Below, one piece after another: positions 40,603 through 50,787 of a stretch of 64,000 nucleotides of DNA. The number at the start of each line of letters is the position of its first letter. Position 1 is the first letter of the stretch. Below the pieces are notes generated by a model. It searched no databases, had not been told where the DNA came from, and saw only the letters and a program-made list of their open reading frames with translations. Where the stretch lies: IMG/VR virus record IMGVR_UViG_3300020420_000008, positions 64,001-128,000 of that record. One strand, written 5' to 3'. The stretch comes from a virus. The translations under genes were made by a program, and so were the position numbers.

Positions 40603-41346
40603 ATGTCAACCCCTAATTCAAAAGCGACACTAAAAGATTATTGTCTTAGAAGACTAGGACACCCTGTAGTTGAAATAAACATAGATGATGATCAGGTAGA
40701 TGATAGAATAGATGATGCTCTTGCATATTACCGAGACTATCATTATGATGGTACTGAAAGAGACTTTCTTAAACATCAAATAACATCTACAGATAGAACA
40801 AATAAGTTTATCACAGTACCAGCAAATGTAAGTGGCGTTATAAATGTATTTCCAATAGGAACAGGACTTAACGCTAATAATCTATTTAATCTCAGATATC
40901 AATTAACACTCAATGAAGTCTACGACTGGAGCAAATCTGCGTTTGCAGGTTATGTGTCTACCATGGAGAATATTGCACTGATGCAAGAAATATTTGTAGG
41001 TAAACAAAGTATAAGATTCGCTAGACATACAGATAAATTACACATAGACATGGATTGGGAAAAGAAGACAACTGTAGGTGAATTTATAATAATAGAATGT
41101 TATAGAGTGCTAGATCCAGATGTACACACTTCCGTATGGGGCGATTGGTGGTTGAGACAATATACAACACAACTTATCAAACGTCAATGGGGAGAAAATC
41201 TAAAGAAGTTTGAAGGCTTACAACTTCCTGGTGGTGTACAATTTAACGGACAAACTATCTGGAGCGAAGCTGACGAAGAAATAAAAAGATTAGAAGAAGA
41301 AATAATATCAAAGTTTTCCATGCCTGTCATGGATATGATTGGATAA
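40603..41346 (+). CDS. gp13: Neck protein gp13
   Basis: LKDYCLRRLGHPVVEINIDDDQVDDRIDDAL; KRQWGENLKKFEGLQLPGGVQFNG. Confidence 0.95.
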   Translation: MSTPNSKATLKDYCLRRLGHPVVEINIDDDQVDDRIDDALAYYRDYHYDGTERDFLKHQITSTDRTNKFITVPANVSGVINVFPIGTGLNANNLFNLRYQLTLNEVYDWSKSAFAGYVSTMENIALMQEIFVGKQSIRFARHTDKLHIDMDWEKKTTVGEFIIIECYRVLDPDVHTSVWGDWWLRQYTTQLIKRQWGENLKKFEGLQLPGGVQFNGQTIWSEADEEIKRLEEEIISKFSMPVMDMIG

Positions 41347-41350
41347 TAAC

Positions 41351-42862
41351 ATGCCAACGAATTTTTATTTTGATAATTTTGCTCACACAGGACAGCAAAA
41401 TTTAATAGAAGATTTAATTATCGAATCTATCAAAATATATGGTTACGATAATTTTTACATACCTAGAACAATCGTAAAAGAAGATGATTTGTTTGGTGAA
41501 GATGTATTATCTAAATTCGATAATGCTTTGCCATTAGAAATGTATATTAAAAACGTAGAAGGATTTGATGGTGAAGGTGAGTTTCTTTCAAGATTTAATG
41601 TGGAAGTGAGAGATCAGATAACTTTTTCTATAGCACAAAGAAGATGGCAAGAAGAAGTATCTATAGACGATAGAAAGATAGATGAACAAGGAGAAAGAAT
41701 AAATCGTCCAGTAGAAGGTGATTTGATATTCTTTCCTCTTACAGGACAACTATATGAAATAAAATATGTCGATAAACAACCTATCTTTTATCAGATGGGA
41801 CAGCTACAGATGTATGATTTGCGTTGCGAACTATTTGAGTTTAGCCACGAAAGAATTGACACTGGTGTCAAAGCGATTGATGACTTGGCTGCCAGACATA
41901 CTATCAATGTTCTTAACTTTCAAATACTTCTTGAAGCATCTAAAGAACGTGCATTGGGTACTACTGTACTAACAAATGATAAAGTTACAGGTGTATCGTT
42001 AAGCAATCTTGGTGATTATGATGCTAGTCCTACAGTAACATTTGGTGCACCGCCTGCCGCCCAAGTTGCTATAGCTACATCAACAATAAGTTCAGGAGCT
42101 GTTACAGGAGCTACAGTAAATTCAAATTTACAAGGTTCTGGTTATATAGCCAATGTACCTGTTACTTTTAGCAGTCCAGAAACAACGCAAAGAATACAAG
42201 CTACAGCTACAGCTACAATTTCAGGAGGTTCAGTAAGTGCAGTTACATTAACAGAGAATGGTGGTTTTTATACTTCTGCTCCACCAGTTTCAGTATCAGC
42301 ATCACCTTCAGGTGATGATGCGGTTCTTACATCAACTATTGCAGGTAATCAGCTTTTACAAATTTTAATTCAAAGCGGTGGTTCAGGATACACTTCTGCT
42401 CCTACAATTACGATAGGTACACCTAATAATGCTATACATTTTGCCGCCTCTGGTATAGCAGTTCCTGATGCAAAAGGTAATATAGGTAATATAATAATAA
42501 CAGGTGGCGGTAAATATTATGAAAATGCACCTAGCGTTACTATAGGTAATCCTCCAGATTCTATTAGAGCCACAGGTACAGCACAGATATCAGGTACACA
42601 AGTATCAGGCATAACTATTACAAATCAAGGTAGAGGTTATGTAAACGTAAATGGCACACCTTTCGTTCCCTCTGTAACTTTCTCAGTAGAGACATTTACA
42701 GGTGGCATTAGACTTGAAGATGGTGATGGATTGTTATTAGAAGCTACAGCAAATACAACTCATGAAAACTCTACAGCTAACAATGTTTTCTTTGAAACTA
42801 ACAAATCAGGATTTATAGATTTCTCCGAACTGAATCCTTTTAGTGAAGGAACTGATTGGTAA
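41351..42862 (+). CDS. gp14: Neck protein gp14 with a long repeat insertion
   Basis: QQNLIEDLIIESIKIYG..YIPR..RPVEGDLIFFP..YDLRCELFEFSHE; C-term IDFSELNPF; start moved to the ATG at 41351, after the gp13 stop. Confidence 0.92.
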   Translation: MPTNFYFDNFAHTGQQNLIEDLIIESIKIYGYDNFYIPRTIVKEDDLFGEDVLSKFDNALPLEMYIKNVEGFDGEGEFLSRFNVEVRDQITFSIAQRRWQEEVSIDDRKIDEQGERINRPVEGDLIFFPLTGQLYEIKYVDKQPIFYQMGQLQMYDLRCELFEFSHERIDTGVKAIDDLAARHTINVLNFQILLEASKERALGTTVLTNDKVTGVSLSNLGDYDASPTVTFGAPPAAQVAIATSTISSGAVTGATVNSNLQGSGYIANVPVTFSSPETTQRIQATATATISGGSVSAVTLTENGGFYTSAPPVSVSASPSGDDAVLTSTIAGNQLLQILIQSGGSGYTSAPTITIGTPNNAIHFAASGIAVPDAKGNIGNIIITGGGKYYENAPSVTIGNPPDSIRATGTAQISGTQVSGITITNQGRGYVNVNGTPFVPSVTFSVETFTGGIRLEDGDGLLLEATANTTHENSTANNVFFETNKSGFIDFSELNPFSEGTDW

Positions 42863-43698
42863 TGTTTGGACAGTTTCACTATCATAGCGCCATAAGAAAG
42901 TATATTATCATGTTTGGTAATATGTTTAACGATATAGATGTCGTGCGTTTTAACAGTGCTGGCGATAATGTTCAACAGCTAAGAGTACCTATTGCTTATG
43001 GACCTAGAGAGAAGTTTCTAGCAAAACTTAGGGCAGATCCAGATGGTAGAAGAGAGATAGCAATGGTTCTACCAAGATTATCATTTGAATTAACTTCAAT
43101 GAACTACGCACCTGAACGAGTGTTAAATAGAACACATAAACAATTAGGCATAGGCGGTGGTAATAATTCACTTAGAAAAACTTTTACGCCAGCGCCATAT
43201 GATTTAGATATGTCATTATATGCGATGTTTGCTAATCAAGAAGATGCTGTGCAAGTTGTAGAACAAATCTTACCTTACTTTCGTCCAGAGTGGACAAACA
43301 GTGTAAAGATTGTACCTGAATTGAATACATATGTTGATGTGCCTACTATATTAAATGGTATGACAATAGAAGATAGTTATGATGGTAATTTTGAAGAAAG
43401 ACGAGCCCTCATATATACATTTACTTTTAAAATAAAAGGGTATCTATTTGGACCAGTAACAAATAAAGGTATCATTCGTAGAACACTTGTTAATACATTT
43501 GATCCTCAAGCAAATACAGCAACAGGTAATGTCATTATAAGTACTAGTGACACTAAGTTACAAAGACTTACTTTGACACCAGGTTTACTTGCAAACGGAC
43601 AACCTACATCTAATAGTTCGGCGAGTATACCAATTTCACAAATAAGTGCAAACTCTAATTTTGGTTTTGCTTTTGATAGGGAAGATTTTTTTAACTAA
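42862..43698 (+). CDS. gp15: Tail sheath stabiliser/terminator gp15
   Basis: FYH-like start, FGNMFNDI, VPIAYGPREKF, LPRLSFE, EQILPYFRP; TAATG coupling at 42862. Confidence 0.95.
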   Translation: MFGQFHYHSAIRKYIIMFGNMFNDIDVVRFNSAGDNVQQLRVPIAYGPREKFLAKLRADPDGRREIAMVLPRLSFELTSMNYAPERVLNRTHKQLGIGGGNNSLRKTFTPAPYDLDMSLYAMFANQEDAVQVVEQILPYFRPEWTNSVKIVPELNTYVDVPTILNGMTIEDSYDGNFEERRALIYTFTFKIKGYLFGPVTNKGIIRRTLVNTFDPQANTATGNVIISTSDTKLQRLTLTPGLLANGQPTSNSSASIPISQISANSNFGFAFDREDFFN

Positions 43699-44108
43699 TG
43701 AAAAATAATGTGACAGATGGACTAAACAAAGTTTTCGAAGTGGGGACGGATTTAGTGGAAGTAGATAAAGAAAAGAAACAAGCAGATGTACCTCAAGATG
43801 TAGATAACGATTATAAGTACGCAAGAGAAAACTTATATGGCGTTATCGAAAAGGGCACAGACGCACTAGATAGCTTACTTGACTTAGCAAAAGCGAGTGA
43901 ACACCCTAGAGCATTTGAAGTAGTGGCACAACTTACGAAGACACTTGTAGATGCTAATAAAGACTTACTTGATATACAAAAGAAAGTTAAAGACTTAAAA
44001 AAAGAAGATGATGATAAGCAACAACCTCAAAATGTTACAAATGCTTTATTTGTTGGTAGCACAGCCGAGTTGCAGAAAATGATATCCGGAAGGAATGAAG
44101 ATGTATGA
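43698..44108 (+). CDS. gp16: Terminase small subunit gp16
   Basis: DYKYARENLY..SEHPRAFEV..NALFVGSTAELQK. Confidence 0.95.
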   Translation: MKNNVTDGLNKVFEVGTDLVEVDKEKKQADVPQDVDNDYKYARENLYGVIEKGTDALDSLLDLAKASEHPRAFEVVAQLTKTLVDANKDLLDIQKKVKDLKKEDDDKQQPQNVTNALFVGSTAELQKMISGRNEDV

Positions 44109-44517
44109 ATATAATGTAAAAATAGTAAAAGTGATTGATGGTGATACAGTAGACGTAGACATAGACTTAGGCTTTGGAGTTTGGTTACATAAAGAAAGAG
44201 TACGACTATATGGTATTGATACGCCAGAGTCAAGAACAAGTGATGTAAAAGAAAAGTTTTTTGGACAGAGAGCAAAAGCTTTTCTTACTAAATGGGTAAC
44301 AGCTGGTGATGTCACATTAAGAACAAAGACATATGATGCGAAAGGTAAGTTTGGTAGAATACTTGGTGAGTTATGGTATGCAGGTGAACATAATATAAAT
44401 CAAAAATTGATAGATGAGCATCATGCAGTTGCGTATCACGGACAATCGAAAGAAGAAATACAAGAGCAACATTTAAAGAATAGAGAATTATTGCTTGAAA
44501 AAGATCCTGTAAGATAA
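44101..44517 (+). CDS. Thermonuclease (SNase-like)
   Basis: VKVIDGDTVDVDIDLGF..RVRLYGIDTPESRT..KGKFGRILG; the MYEY start at 44101 fits the RBS better than 44095. Confidence 0.9.
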   Translation: MYEYNVKIVKVIDGDTVDVDIDLGFGVWLHKERVRLYGIDTPESRTSDVKEKFFGQRAKAFLTKWVTAGDVTLRTKTYDAKGKFGRILGELWYAGEHNINQKLIDEHHAVAYHGQSKEEIQEQHLKNRELLLEKDPVR

Positions 44518-46157
44518 TGTCTACTCTAACATATCTTGGTAATCCTAATCTAAAAGCAAAAGGCGTATCTGTAAACTTTGATAAAGAAAATATCAAAGAA
44601 TACATAAAATGTTCTAAAAATCCTGTATATTTTGCAAAAAACTACGTAAAGATTATTAACGTAGATAAAGGACTTGTTCCTTTCAAGTTATATAAATTTC
44701 AAAAAGAAATGGTTGAAACTTTCAATAAAAATCGTTTCAGTATATGTAAACTACCTAGACAGTCAGGTAAATCAACTACAGTCACAGCTTATATATTATG
44801 GTTGATACTATTCAAAGATAGTCAAAATATAGCCATTCTTGCAAACAAAGGTTCTCTTGCAAGAGACTTATTAGGTAAGATACAGTTTGCATATGAATAC
44901 TTACCAAAATGGTTACAGCAAGGTATTGTTGTATGGAATAAAGGTAACATTGAGTTAGAGAATAGCTCTAAGGTTGTTGCCGCCGCCACTTCATCGTCAG
45001 CTATTCGTGGTGGTTCGTATAATCTCATATTCTTAGACGAGTTTGCCTTTGTTGGTAATAATCTAGCGGAAGAGTTCTTCAGTTCTGTTTATCCTACAAT
45101 ATCTTCTGGACAAACTTCTAAAGTAATTATAGTATCTACACCAAATGGTATGAATCATTTCTATAAAATGTGGACTGATGCTGAAGAAAAGAACAGCCAG
45201 TACGTACCTATAGAAGTACACTGGAGCCAAGTTCCAGGAAGAAACGAGAAATGGAAGAAAGAAACAGTTGCAAATACTTCTGAAGAACAGTTTCGTCAAG
45301 AGTTTGAGTGTGAGTTTTTAGGTTCAGCTGGTACACTTATACACCCTACTAAACTTAGAGTATTAGCACATGTGACACCTATAAAGAAATGGCAAGATGT
45401 TGAGATATATGAAGAACCAAAACAAGATGCAATATACACAATGTCTGTTGATGTGTCAAGAGGTGTTGGTTTAGATTATTCTGCTTTTATTGTTGTAGAT
45501 ATATCACAGATGCCTTATAAACTTGTAGCAAAATATAGAAGTAAGGATATATCACCACTATTATACCCTACTATTATTTACAATGTAGCAAAGTATTATA
45601 ACGAAGCTTACGTATTAGTAGAAATAAATGATATAGGACAACAAGTCGCTGATATATTACATCAAGATTTAGAGTATGAAAATATGTTAGCAACGTCTGT
45701 GAAAGGTAGGGCAGGACAACAAATAAGTGGTGGATTTTCCGGTTCATCATCTATGGGTATCAGAACTACAAAACAAGTAAAAAGAATAGGGTGTTCTAAT
45801 CTAAAAGATTTGATTGAGCAAGATAAATTTATTGTACAAGACTATGAAACGATTGTAGAATTATCAACATTTATAAGTAGGGGTGGTAGTTATGAATCTG
45901 AAGAAGGTTCTCATGATGATTTAGTTATGTGTTGCGTTTTATTTTCTTGGTTAGCTAAACAAACATATTTTAGAGATATAACAAATACCGACATACGACA
46001 GAAAATTTATGATGAAAAGCTGAGAATGTTAGATGATGAAGCACTACCTTTTGCTATCATCGATGATGGACAACCAGAAGAGGGTGTTGTTCACTCACAA
46101 GAAGATATAGAAGAATTTATCAGAAAAGGAAACAAAGATAGCTTTAGTGTATTCTAA
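44517..46157 (+). CDS. gp17: Terminase large subunit gp17
   Basis: YLGNPNLK, Walker A PRQSGKST, Walker B IFLDEFAF, STPNG, FRQEFECEF, HDDLVM. Confidence 0.97.
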   Translation: MSTLTYLGNPNLKAKGVSVNFDKENIKEYIKCSKNPVYFAKNYVKIINVDKGLVPFKLYKFQKEMVETFNKNRFSICKLPRQSGKSTTVTAYILWLILFKDSQNIAILANKGSLARDLLGKIQFAYEYLPKWLQQGIVVWNKGNIELENSSKVVAAATSSSAIRGGSYNLIFLDEFAFVGNNLAEEFFSSVYPTISSGQTSKVIIVSTPNGMNHFYKMWTDAEEKNSQYVPIEVHWSQVPGRNEKWKKETVANTSEEQFRQEFECEFLGSAGTLIHPTKLRVLAHVTPIKKWQDVEIYEEPKQDAIYTMSVDVSRGVGLDYSAFIVVDISQMPYKLVAKYRSKDISPLLYPTIIYNVAKYYNEAYVLVEINDIGQQVADILHQDLEYENMLATSVKGRAGQQISGGFSGSSSMGIRTTKQVKRIGCSNLKDLIEQDKFIVQDYETIVELSTFISRGGSYESEEGSHDDLVMCCVLFSWLAKQTYFRDITNTDIRQKIYDEKLRMLDDEALPFAIIDDGQPEEGVVHSQEDIEEFIRKGNKDSFSVF

Positions 46158-46168
46158 ATAACACTTTT

Positions 46169-46176
46169 TATAAATA
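46169..46176 (+). promoter_or_regulatory. T4-type late promoter TATAAATA
   Basis: Exact consensus upstream of gp18. Confidence 0.88.
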
Positions 46177-46227
46177 TTGAGTAATTCAATAGATTAAAAT
46201 CTTGTTATTCTTAGAAGGAGATAAACA

Positions 46228-48174
46228 ATGGCATTTCAAGTATCACCTGGAGTAAATGTAAGCGAAGTTGATCTTACTACTGTTGTGCCTGCCGTTTCAA
46301 CAACAACTGGAGCGATAGCTGGACATTTTCGTTGGGGACCTGCTGATAAGAGAGTACTAATCGATTCTGAAGATAGATTAGTTTCCAACTTTCACAAGCC
46401 TAACGCAAATACAGCCGATGACTTCTTTACGGCAGCCAATTTTTTAGCATATGGTAACTCTCTAGTTACAGTGAGAGTGGTAGACAGTACAGTAGCAAAG
46501 AACGCAGTTTCTGGCACTGTTGCCGCCTACATCTCAAACGATGATTATTATAACGAAGCATATTCACACAACTCAAGCAGTGGAGATTGGGTTGCGAGAT
46601 ATCCTGGTATATTAGGTAACAGTGTAAAAGTATCTGTCTGTCAAAGCAAGGCGGCTTACGAAAGTGCTAGTACTCTGCATACCGCAACATATTCAATAAC
46701 TCAAAACACAAAAACTTTGGTATTTAACCAAGACTCAATAACATTAACCACCGACTTCACAGTTGGAGATATATTATTATTGGGTACGAACTTAGAACAA
46801 AGAAAAATTACAGCAATATCTGGTAACAACATCACACTAGACAGTAACTATACTGGCGACACACTTACTAGAAGTAACAGTGCGATTACAAGAAGATGGG
46901 AGTTCTTCAACTCATTTGATCATGCACCGACAACTACAATCTCCGCTAACACAGTAAATTCTGAAGGCGATGCAATACATGTTGCAGTTGTAGATGAAGA
47001 TGGACATATCACAGGAACAGCAGGTTCTATGATAGAATCATATTCACATGTGTCAATAGCGTCTGATGCTAAGACTGAACAAGGAGGGAACAACTTCTAT
47101 AAAGATGTTATCAATAATAACTCAAACTGGATATGGTGGGGAGCCCACAATGCAAACTTGACAAATGCTGGACAAGAAGCTAAAAAAGGCAATGACGGAA
47201 CAGCAGGTTCAGGTAATAGCTTTGGTGGTGCTACAAAACCAGTAACAAATAGTTTATCACTTGGTAAAGATGGTGGTATACCTACAACAGCAAACTACAC
47301 AGCTGGATATAATAAGTTTAAATCAGCCGATGATGTTGATGTATCACTTATATTAGGTTCATCTGCCGACACAACTCTTGCTACACATTTAATCAATAAT
47401 ATAGCTGAACATAGAAAAGATTGTGTTGCGGTGATATCACCTGAAAGAACAGACGTAGTTAATAATGATAGCTACGATGGTAAACAAGCACAAGATATTG
47501 TAGCATTCAGAAATACCTTACCTTCATCTTCATACAGCGTAATGGATTCAGGTTGGAAATACATGTATGATAAGTATAATGATATATTCAGATATGTGCC
47601 TCTAAACGGAGATACAGCTGGACTCATGGTACAATCAGACTTGACAAGAGATCCATGGTTCTCACCAGCTGGTTATAACAGAGGTAATGTCAAGAATGCA
47701 GTTAAACTAGCATTCAATCCATCGAAAGCAGATAGAGATGAACTCTACAAGAGTGGTGTAAATCCAGTTGTATCATTTCCAGGACAAGGAACAGTTCTGT
47801 TTGGTGATAAGACAATGCTCACACAACCAAGTGCTTTTGATAGAATAAACGTAAGAAGACTATTCATTGTACTAGAAAAAGCAATTGCAACGGCAGCCAA
47901 ATTCACACTATTTGAATTTAACGATGCTTTCACACAATCGCAGTTCAAAAATCTAGTAGAACCATTCTTACGAGATGTTCAAGGACGAAGAGGTATTACA
48001 GATTTCGCAGTTGTATGTGACGGAACAAACAATACAGGAGAAGTGATTGATAGAAATGAATTTGTTGGTGACATATATGTCAAACCATCACGTTCAATAA
48101 ACTTCATTCAACTTAATTTTGTAGCAGTACGTTCAGGCATAGAATTTTCTGAAATAGTAGGCAAAGCAACATAA
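46228..48174 (+). CDS. gp18: Tail sheath protein gp18
   Basis: FQVSPGVNVSEVDLT, PWFSPAGYNRG, FDRINVRRLF, KPSRSINFIQLNFVA. Confidence 0.97.
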   Translation: MAFQVSPGVNVSEVDLTTVVPAVSTTTGAIAGHFRWGPADKRVLIDSEDRLVSNFHKPNANTADDFFTAANFLAYGNSLVTVRVVDSTVAKNAVSGTVAAYISNDDYYNEAYSHNSSSGDWVARYPGILGNSVKVSVCQSKAAYESASTLHTATYSITQNTKTLVFNQDSITLTTDFTVGDILLLGTNLEQRKITAISGNNITLDSNYTGDTLTRSNSAITRRWEFFNSFDHAPTTTISANTVNSEGDAIHVAVVDEDGHITGTAGSMIESYSHVSIASDAKTEQGGNNFYKDVINNNSNWIWWGAHNANLTNAGQEAKKGNDGTAGSGNSFGGATKPVTNSLSLGKDGGIPTTANYTAGYNKFKSADDVDVSLILGSSADTTLATHLINNIAEHRKDCVAVISPERTDVVNNDSYDGKQAQDIVAFRNTLPSSSYSVMDSGWKYMYDKYNDIFRYVPLNGDTAGLMVQSDLTRDPWFSPAGYNRGNVKNAVKLAFNPSKADRDELYKSGVNPVVSFPGQGTVLFGDKTMLTQPSAFDRINVRRLFIVLEKAIATAAKFTLFEFNDAFTQSQFKNLVEPFLRDVQGRRGITDFAVVCDGTNNTGEVIDRNEFVGDIYVKPSRSINFIQLNFVAVRSGIEFSEIVGKAT

Positions 48175-48177
48175 ATA
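48170..48177 (+). promoter_or_regulatory. Late promoter variant CATAAATA
   Basis: Overlaps the gp18 stop; upstream of gp19. Confidence 0.7.
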
Positions 48178-48196
48178 GGGACACAGGAGAAAAAAC

Positions 48197-48745
48197 ATGG
48201 CTTTTAACGTAAATGAGTTTGCTGGCGCCCTAAAATCAGGTGGTGCAAGAAATTCACTCTTTCAAGTAAATATCACAAATCCTATAAACGGAGTTGCTGA
48301 TGCTACTGTTCCTTTTATGTGTAAAGGCGCTCAAGTGCCTGCCGCCACATTGGGAACAATCGAAGTACCATACTTTGGTAGACAAATCAAAGTTGCAGGA
48401 AATAGAACTTATGCTGAGTGGGCACCTACTATTATAAATGATGAAGACATGAGTATACGAAATGCAATGGAACAATGGAATCATTCAATCAACAGTGTTC
48501 AAGGAAACTTGAGAGCCACTGGTGGTTCTGCTCCAAGTCTATACAAAGCTTCAGCACAAGTTACTCAGTTCTCAAAGACAGGTGAAATTTTAAGAGTGTA
48601 TGATTTTGTAGGATTGTACCCATCTGAAGTATCTACTATAGATATGGCGTGGGACGCTGAAACAATTCAAGAGTATACTGTTACATTTCAGTACGACTAT
48701 TGGCAAGTATCAGGCGGAACTACTGGTAACGCTGGCGGAATTTAA
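48197..48745 (+). CDS. gp19: Tail tube protein gp19
   Basis: GGARNSLFQV, VPYFGRQIKVAGNRT, EYTVTFQYDYW. Confidence 0.95.
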   Translation: MAFNVNEFAGALKSGGARNSLFQVNITNPINGVADATVPFMCKGAQVPAATLGTIEVPYFGRQIKVAGNRTYAEWAPTIINDEDMSIRNAMEQWNHSINSVQGNLRATGGSAPSLYKASAQVTQFSKTGEILRVYDFVGLYPSEVSTIDMAWDAETIQEYTVTFQYDYWQVSGGTTGNAGGI

Positions 48746-48768
48746 ACCGAATTGATGATTTCGTGAGT

Positions 48769-48776
48769 CATAAATA
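48769..48776 (+). promoter_or_regulatory. Late promoter variant CATAAATA
   Basis: Upstream of gp20. Confidence 0.7.
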
Positions 48777-48803
48777 GTATAAGACACACGTAAAGGATAT
48801 AAT

Positions 48804-50336
48804 ATGGCAGAAGAAAGAAAAGGTTTTCTGCGAGAAGCAGTAGAACTATTCGGATTTCGTATAGGGCGTCCCGAAAGAGAACAACCACTTCCCTCATTTG
48901 TACCACCTTCTCAAGATGATGGCGCTATCGCTATCAATGAGGGTGGTGCTTTCGGCACAACAGTTGATTTAGATAATAGAATCAAAAGTGAAACTCAATT
49001 AATCACAAAATATAGAGAGATGGCTCTGCAACCAGAGGCAGAGAAAGCTATTGATGATATTGTTAATGAAGCAATTATCATTGACGATAACAAAATGCCT
49101 GTTGAGATGGACTTAGATGAAATTGAAGAACTCTCTGACGATATTAAAGATATAATGAGAGAAGAGTTTACACATTGCTTGAAGCTTTTAAAAATGAACA
49201 CAAAAGGTTATGATGTGTTTCGTAACTGGTATGTTGATGGTAAACTATTTTATCATATTGTAATTGATTTAAAAAGTCCTAGATTAGGTATTAAAGAACT
49301 ACGATATATTGATCCTAGAAAGATTAAGAAAGTTAAGAAACCTGTAAGAAACAGAAAAACAATAGAACAAACTGCAAGCACATTAGGTAAAGAAGTACTA
49401 TCAAAAAAGTTCGAAGAATTTTATCTATTTCAAAGCAAAGGTACAAATGACTCAGGTTCAGGCATCAAAATAGCACCTGATGCTATAGCATATTGTCACA
49501 GCGGTGTTATGGATACACGAAACTATAATGTATTAGGACACATGCATAAAGCAATAAAACCTCTCAATCAGTTGAGAATGCTAGAAGATGCTACAGTTAT
49601 CTATAGACTTGCAAGGGCACCTGAAAGAAGAATATTCTACATTGATGTTGGTAACTTACCAAAACAAAAAGCTGAACAATATCTACGAGATATGATGGTG
49701 AAGCATAAGAATAAATTAGTATATGACGCAAACACTGGTGAAGTAAGAGATGATAGAAAGTTTCTTACAATGCTTGAAGACTACTGGTTACCAAGACGAG
49801 AAGGTGGTAGAGGTACAGAGATAACAACATTACCTGGAGGGCAAAATTTAGGTGAACTAGAAGATGTACAATATTTTAGACGTAAGCTGTATGAGTCTTT
49901 GAACGTACCTGTATCAAGATTAGAGCAAGAAACGCAGTTCAATGTTGGTAGAGCGTCAGAGATAACAAGAGATGAAATTAAATTCTCAAAGTTTATTACA
50001 AGACTACGTTCTAAGTTTTCTGAATTGTTTATGATATTACTTGAAAAGCAGTTATTACTTAAAGGTGTCATGACATTTGGTGAATGGAATGAAATCAAAG
50101 ATTTGATTAAGTTTGACTATCAAGAAGATAACCATTTCTCAGAACTTAGAGATGCAGAAGTATTACGAGAAAGATTAACATTATTACAAGAAATTGATCA
50201 ATATACTGGTAAATATTTCTCTACAGATTGGATTAGAACTAATGTTTTAAAACAAACTGACGAAGAGAAAGAAGATATAGACAAACAAATAGAAGCCGAA
50301 GCAGAAACAGAAGAACCTGCTGATGAAGAAGAATAA
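48804..50336 (+). CDS. gp20: Portal protein gp20
   Basis: YRLARAPERRIFYIDVGNLPKQKAEQY, MLEDYWLPRREGGRGTEITTLPGG. Confidence 0.98.
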   Translation: MAEERKGFLREAVELFGFRIGRPEREQPLPSFVPPSQDDGAIAINEGGAFGTTVDLDNRIKSETQLITKYREMALQPEAEKAIDDIVNEAIIIDDNKMPVEMDLDEIEELSDDIKDIMREEFTHCLKLLKMNTKGYDVFRNWYVDGKLFYHIVIDLKSPRLGIKELRYIDPRKIKKVKKPVRNRKTIEQTASTLGKEVLSKKFEEFYLFQSKGTNDSGSGIKIAPDAIAYCHSGVMDTRNYNVLGHMHKAIKPLNQLRMLEDATVIYRLARAPERRIFYIDVGNLPKQKAEQYLRDMMVKHKNKLVYDANTGEVRDDRKFLTMLEDYWLPRREGGRGTEITTLPGGQNLGELEDVQYFRRKLYESLNVPVSRLEQETQFNVGRASEITRDEIKFSKFITRLRSKFSELFMILLEKQLLLKGVMTFGEWNEIKDLIKFDYQEDNHFSELRDAEVLRERLTLLQEIDQYTGKYFSTDWIRTNVLKQTDEEKEDIDKQIEAEAETEEPADEEE

Positions 50337-50338
50337 AT

Positions 50339-50346
50339 TATAAATA
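50339..50346 (+). promoter_or_regulatory. T4-type late promoter TATAAATA
   Basis: Upstream of the prohead core genes. Confidence 0.85.
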
Positions 50347-50363
50347 AGTGAAAGGAAATAATT

Positions 50364-50594
50364 ATGGCTGACTATAGTACAAAAGACGCAATAGATTTTG
50401 CAGTAGATGGTAAATCTCAAGATTTTAAAAATGCTATACATGATATATTAGCAGATAGAGTTCAATCTGCTATTGAAATAAAAAAATTAGATGTTACTAG
50501 TACTTTTATGCAAGCTGATGATGTAGATACGCTACCTTCAGAAGTTGAGCCAGAAGAAACAGAGGATAAATCCGATGAAACTACAGAGGTTTAA
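50364..50594 (+). CDS. Small acidic prohead core protein (gp67 position)
   Basis: Directly after the portal gene; acidic tail; late promoter upstream. Confidence 0.65.
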   Translation: MADYSTKDAIDFAVDGKSQDFKNAIHDILADRVQSAIEIKKLDVTSTFMQADDVDTLPSEVEPEETEDKSDETTEV

Positions 50595-50787
50595 ACAGTT
50601 TGACGAAAATATCGCCGCCGATTTTGCGAATATGGATAAGCAAGATGATGATCAAGAAGCCAAAGAACTGAAGCCACGTTCTAAAGGTGAAGAGAATTTT
50701 GTAAAAATGCATACATATTCAAAGTCTGATGCTGAGCCAGCAGGACAGGATCATATATTTAATGGTGATATAAAAAATGTTAAGTGA
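50575..50787 (+). CDS. Putative internal head protein
   Basis: GAGGA RBS favours the ATG at 50575; MKLQRFKQFDE resembles T4-type capsid-targeting leaders. Confidence 0.55.
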   Translation: MKLQRFKQFDENIAADFANMDKQDDDQEAKELKPRSKGEENFVKMHTYSKSDAEPAGQDHIFNGDIKNVK

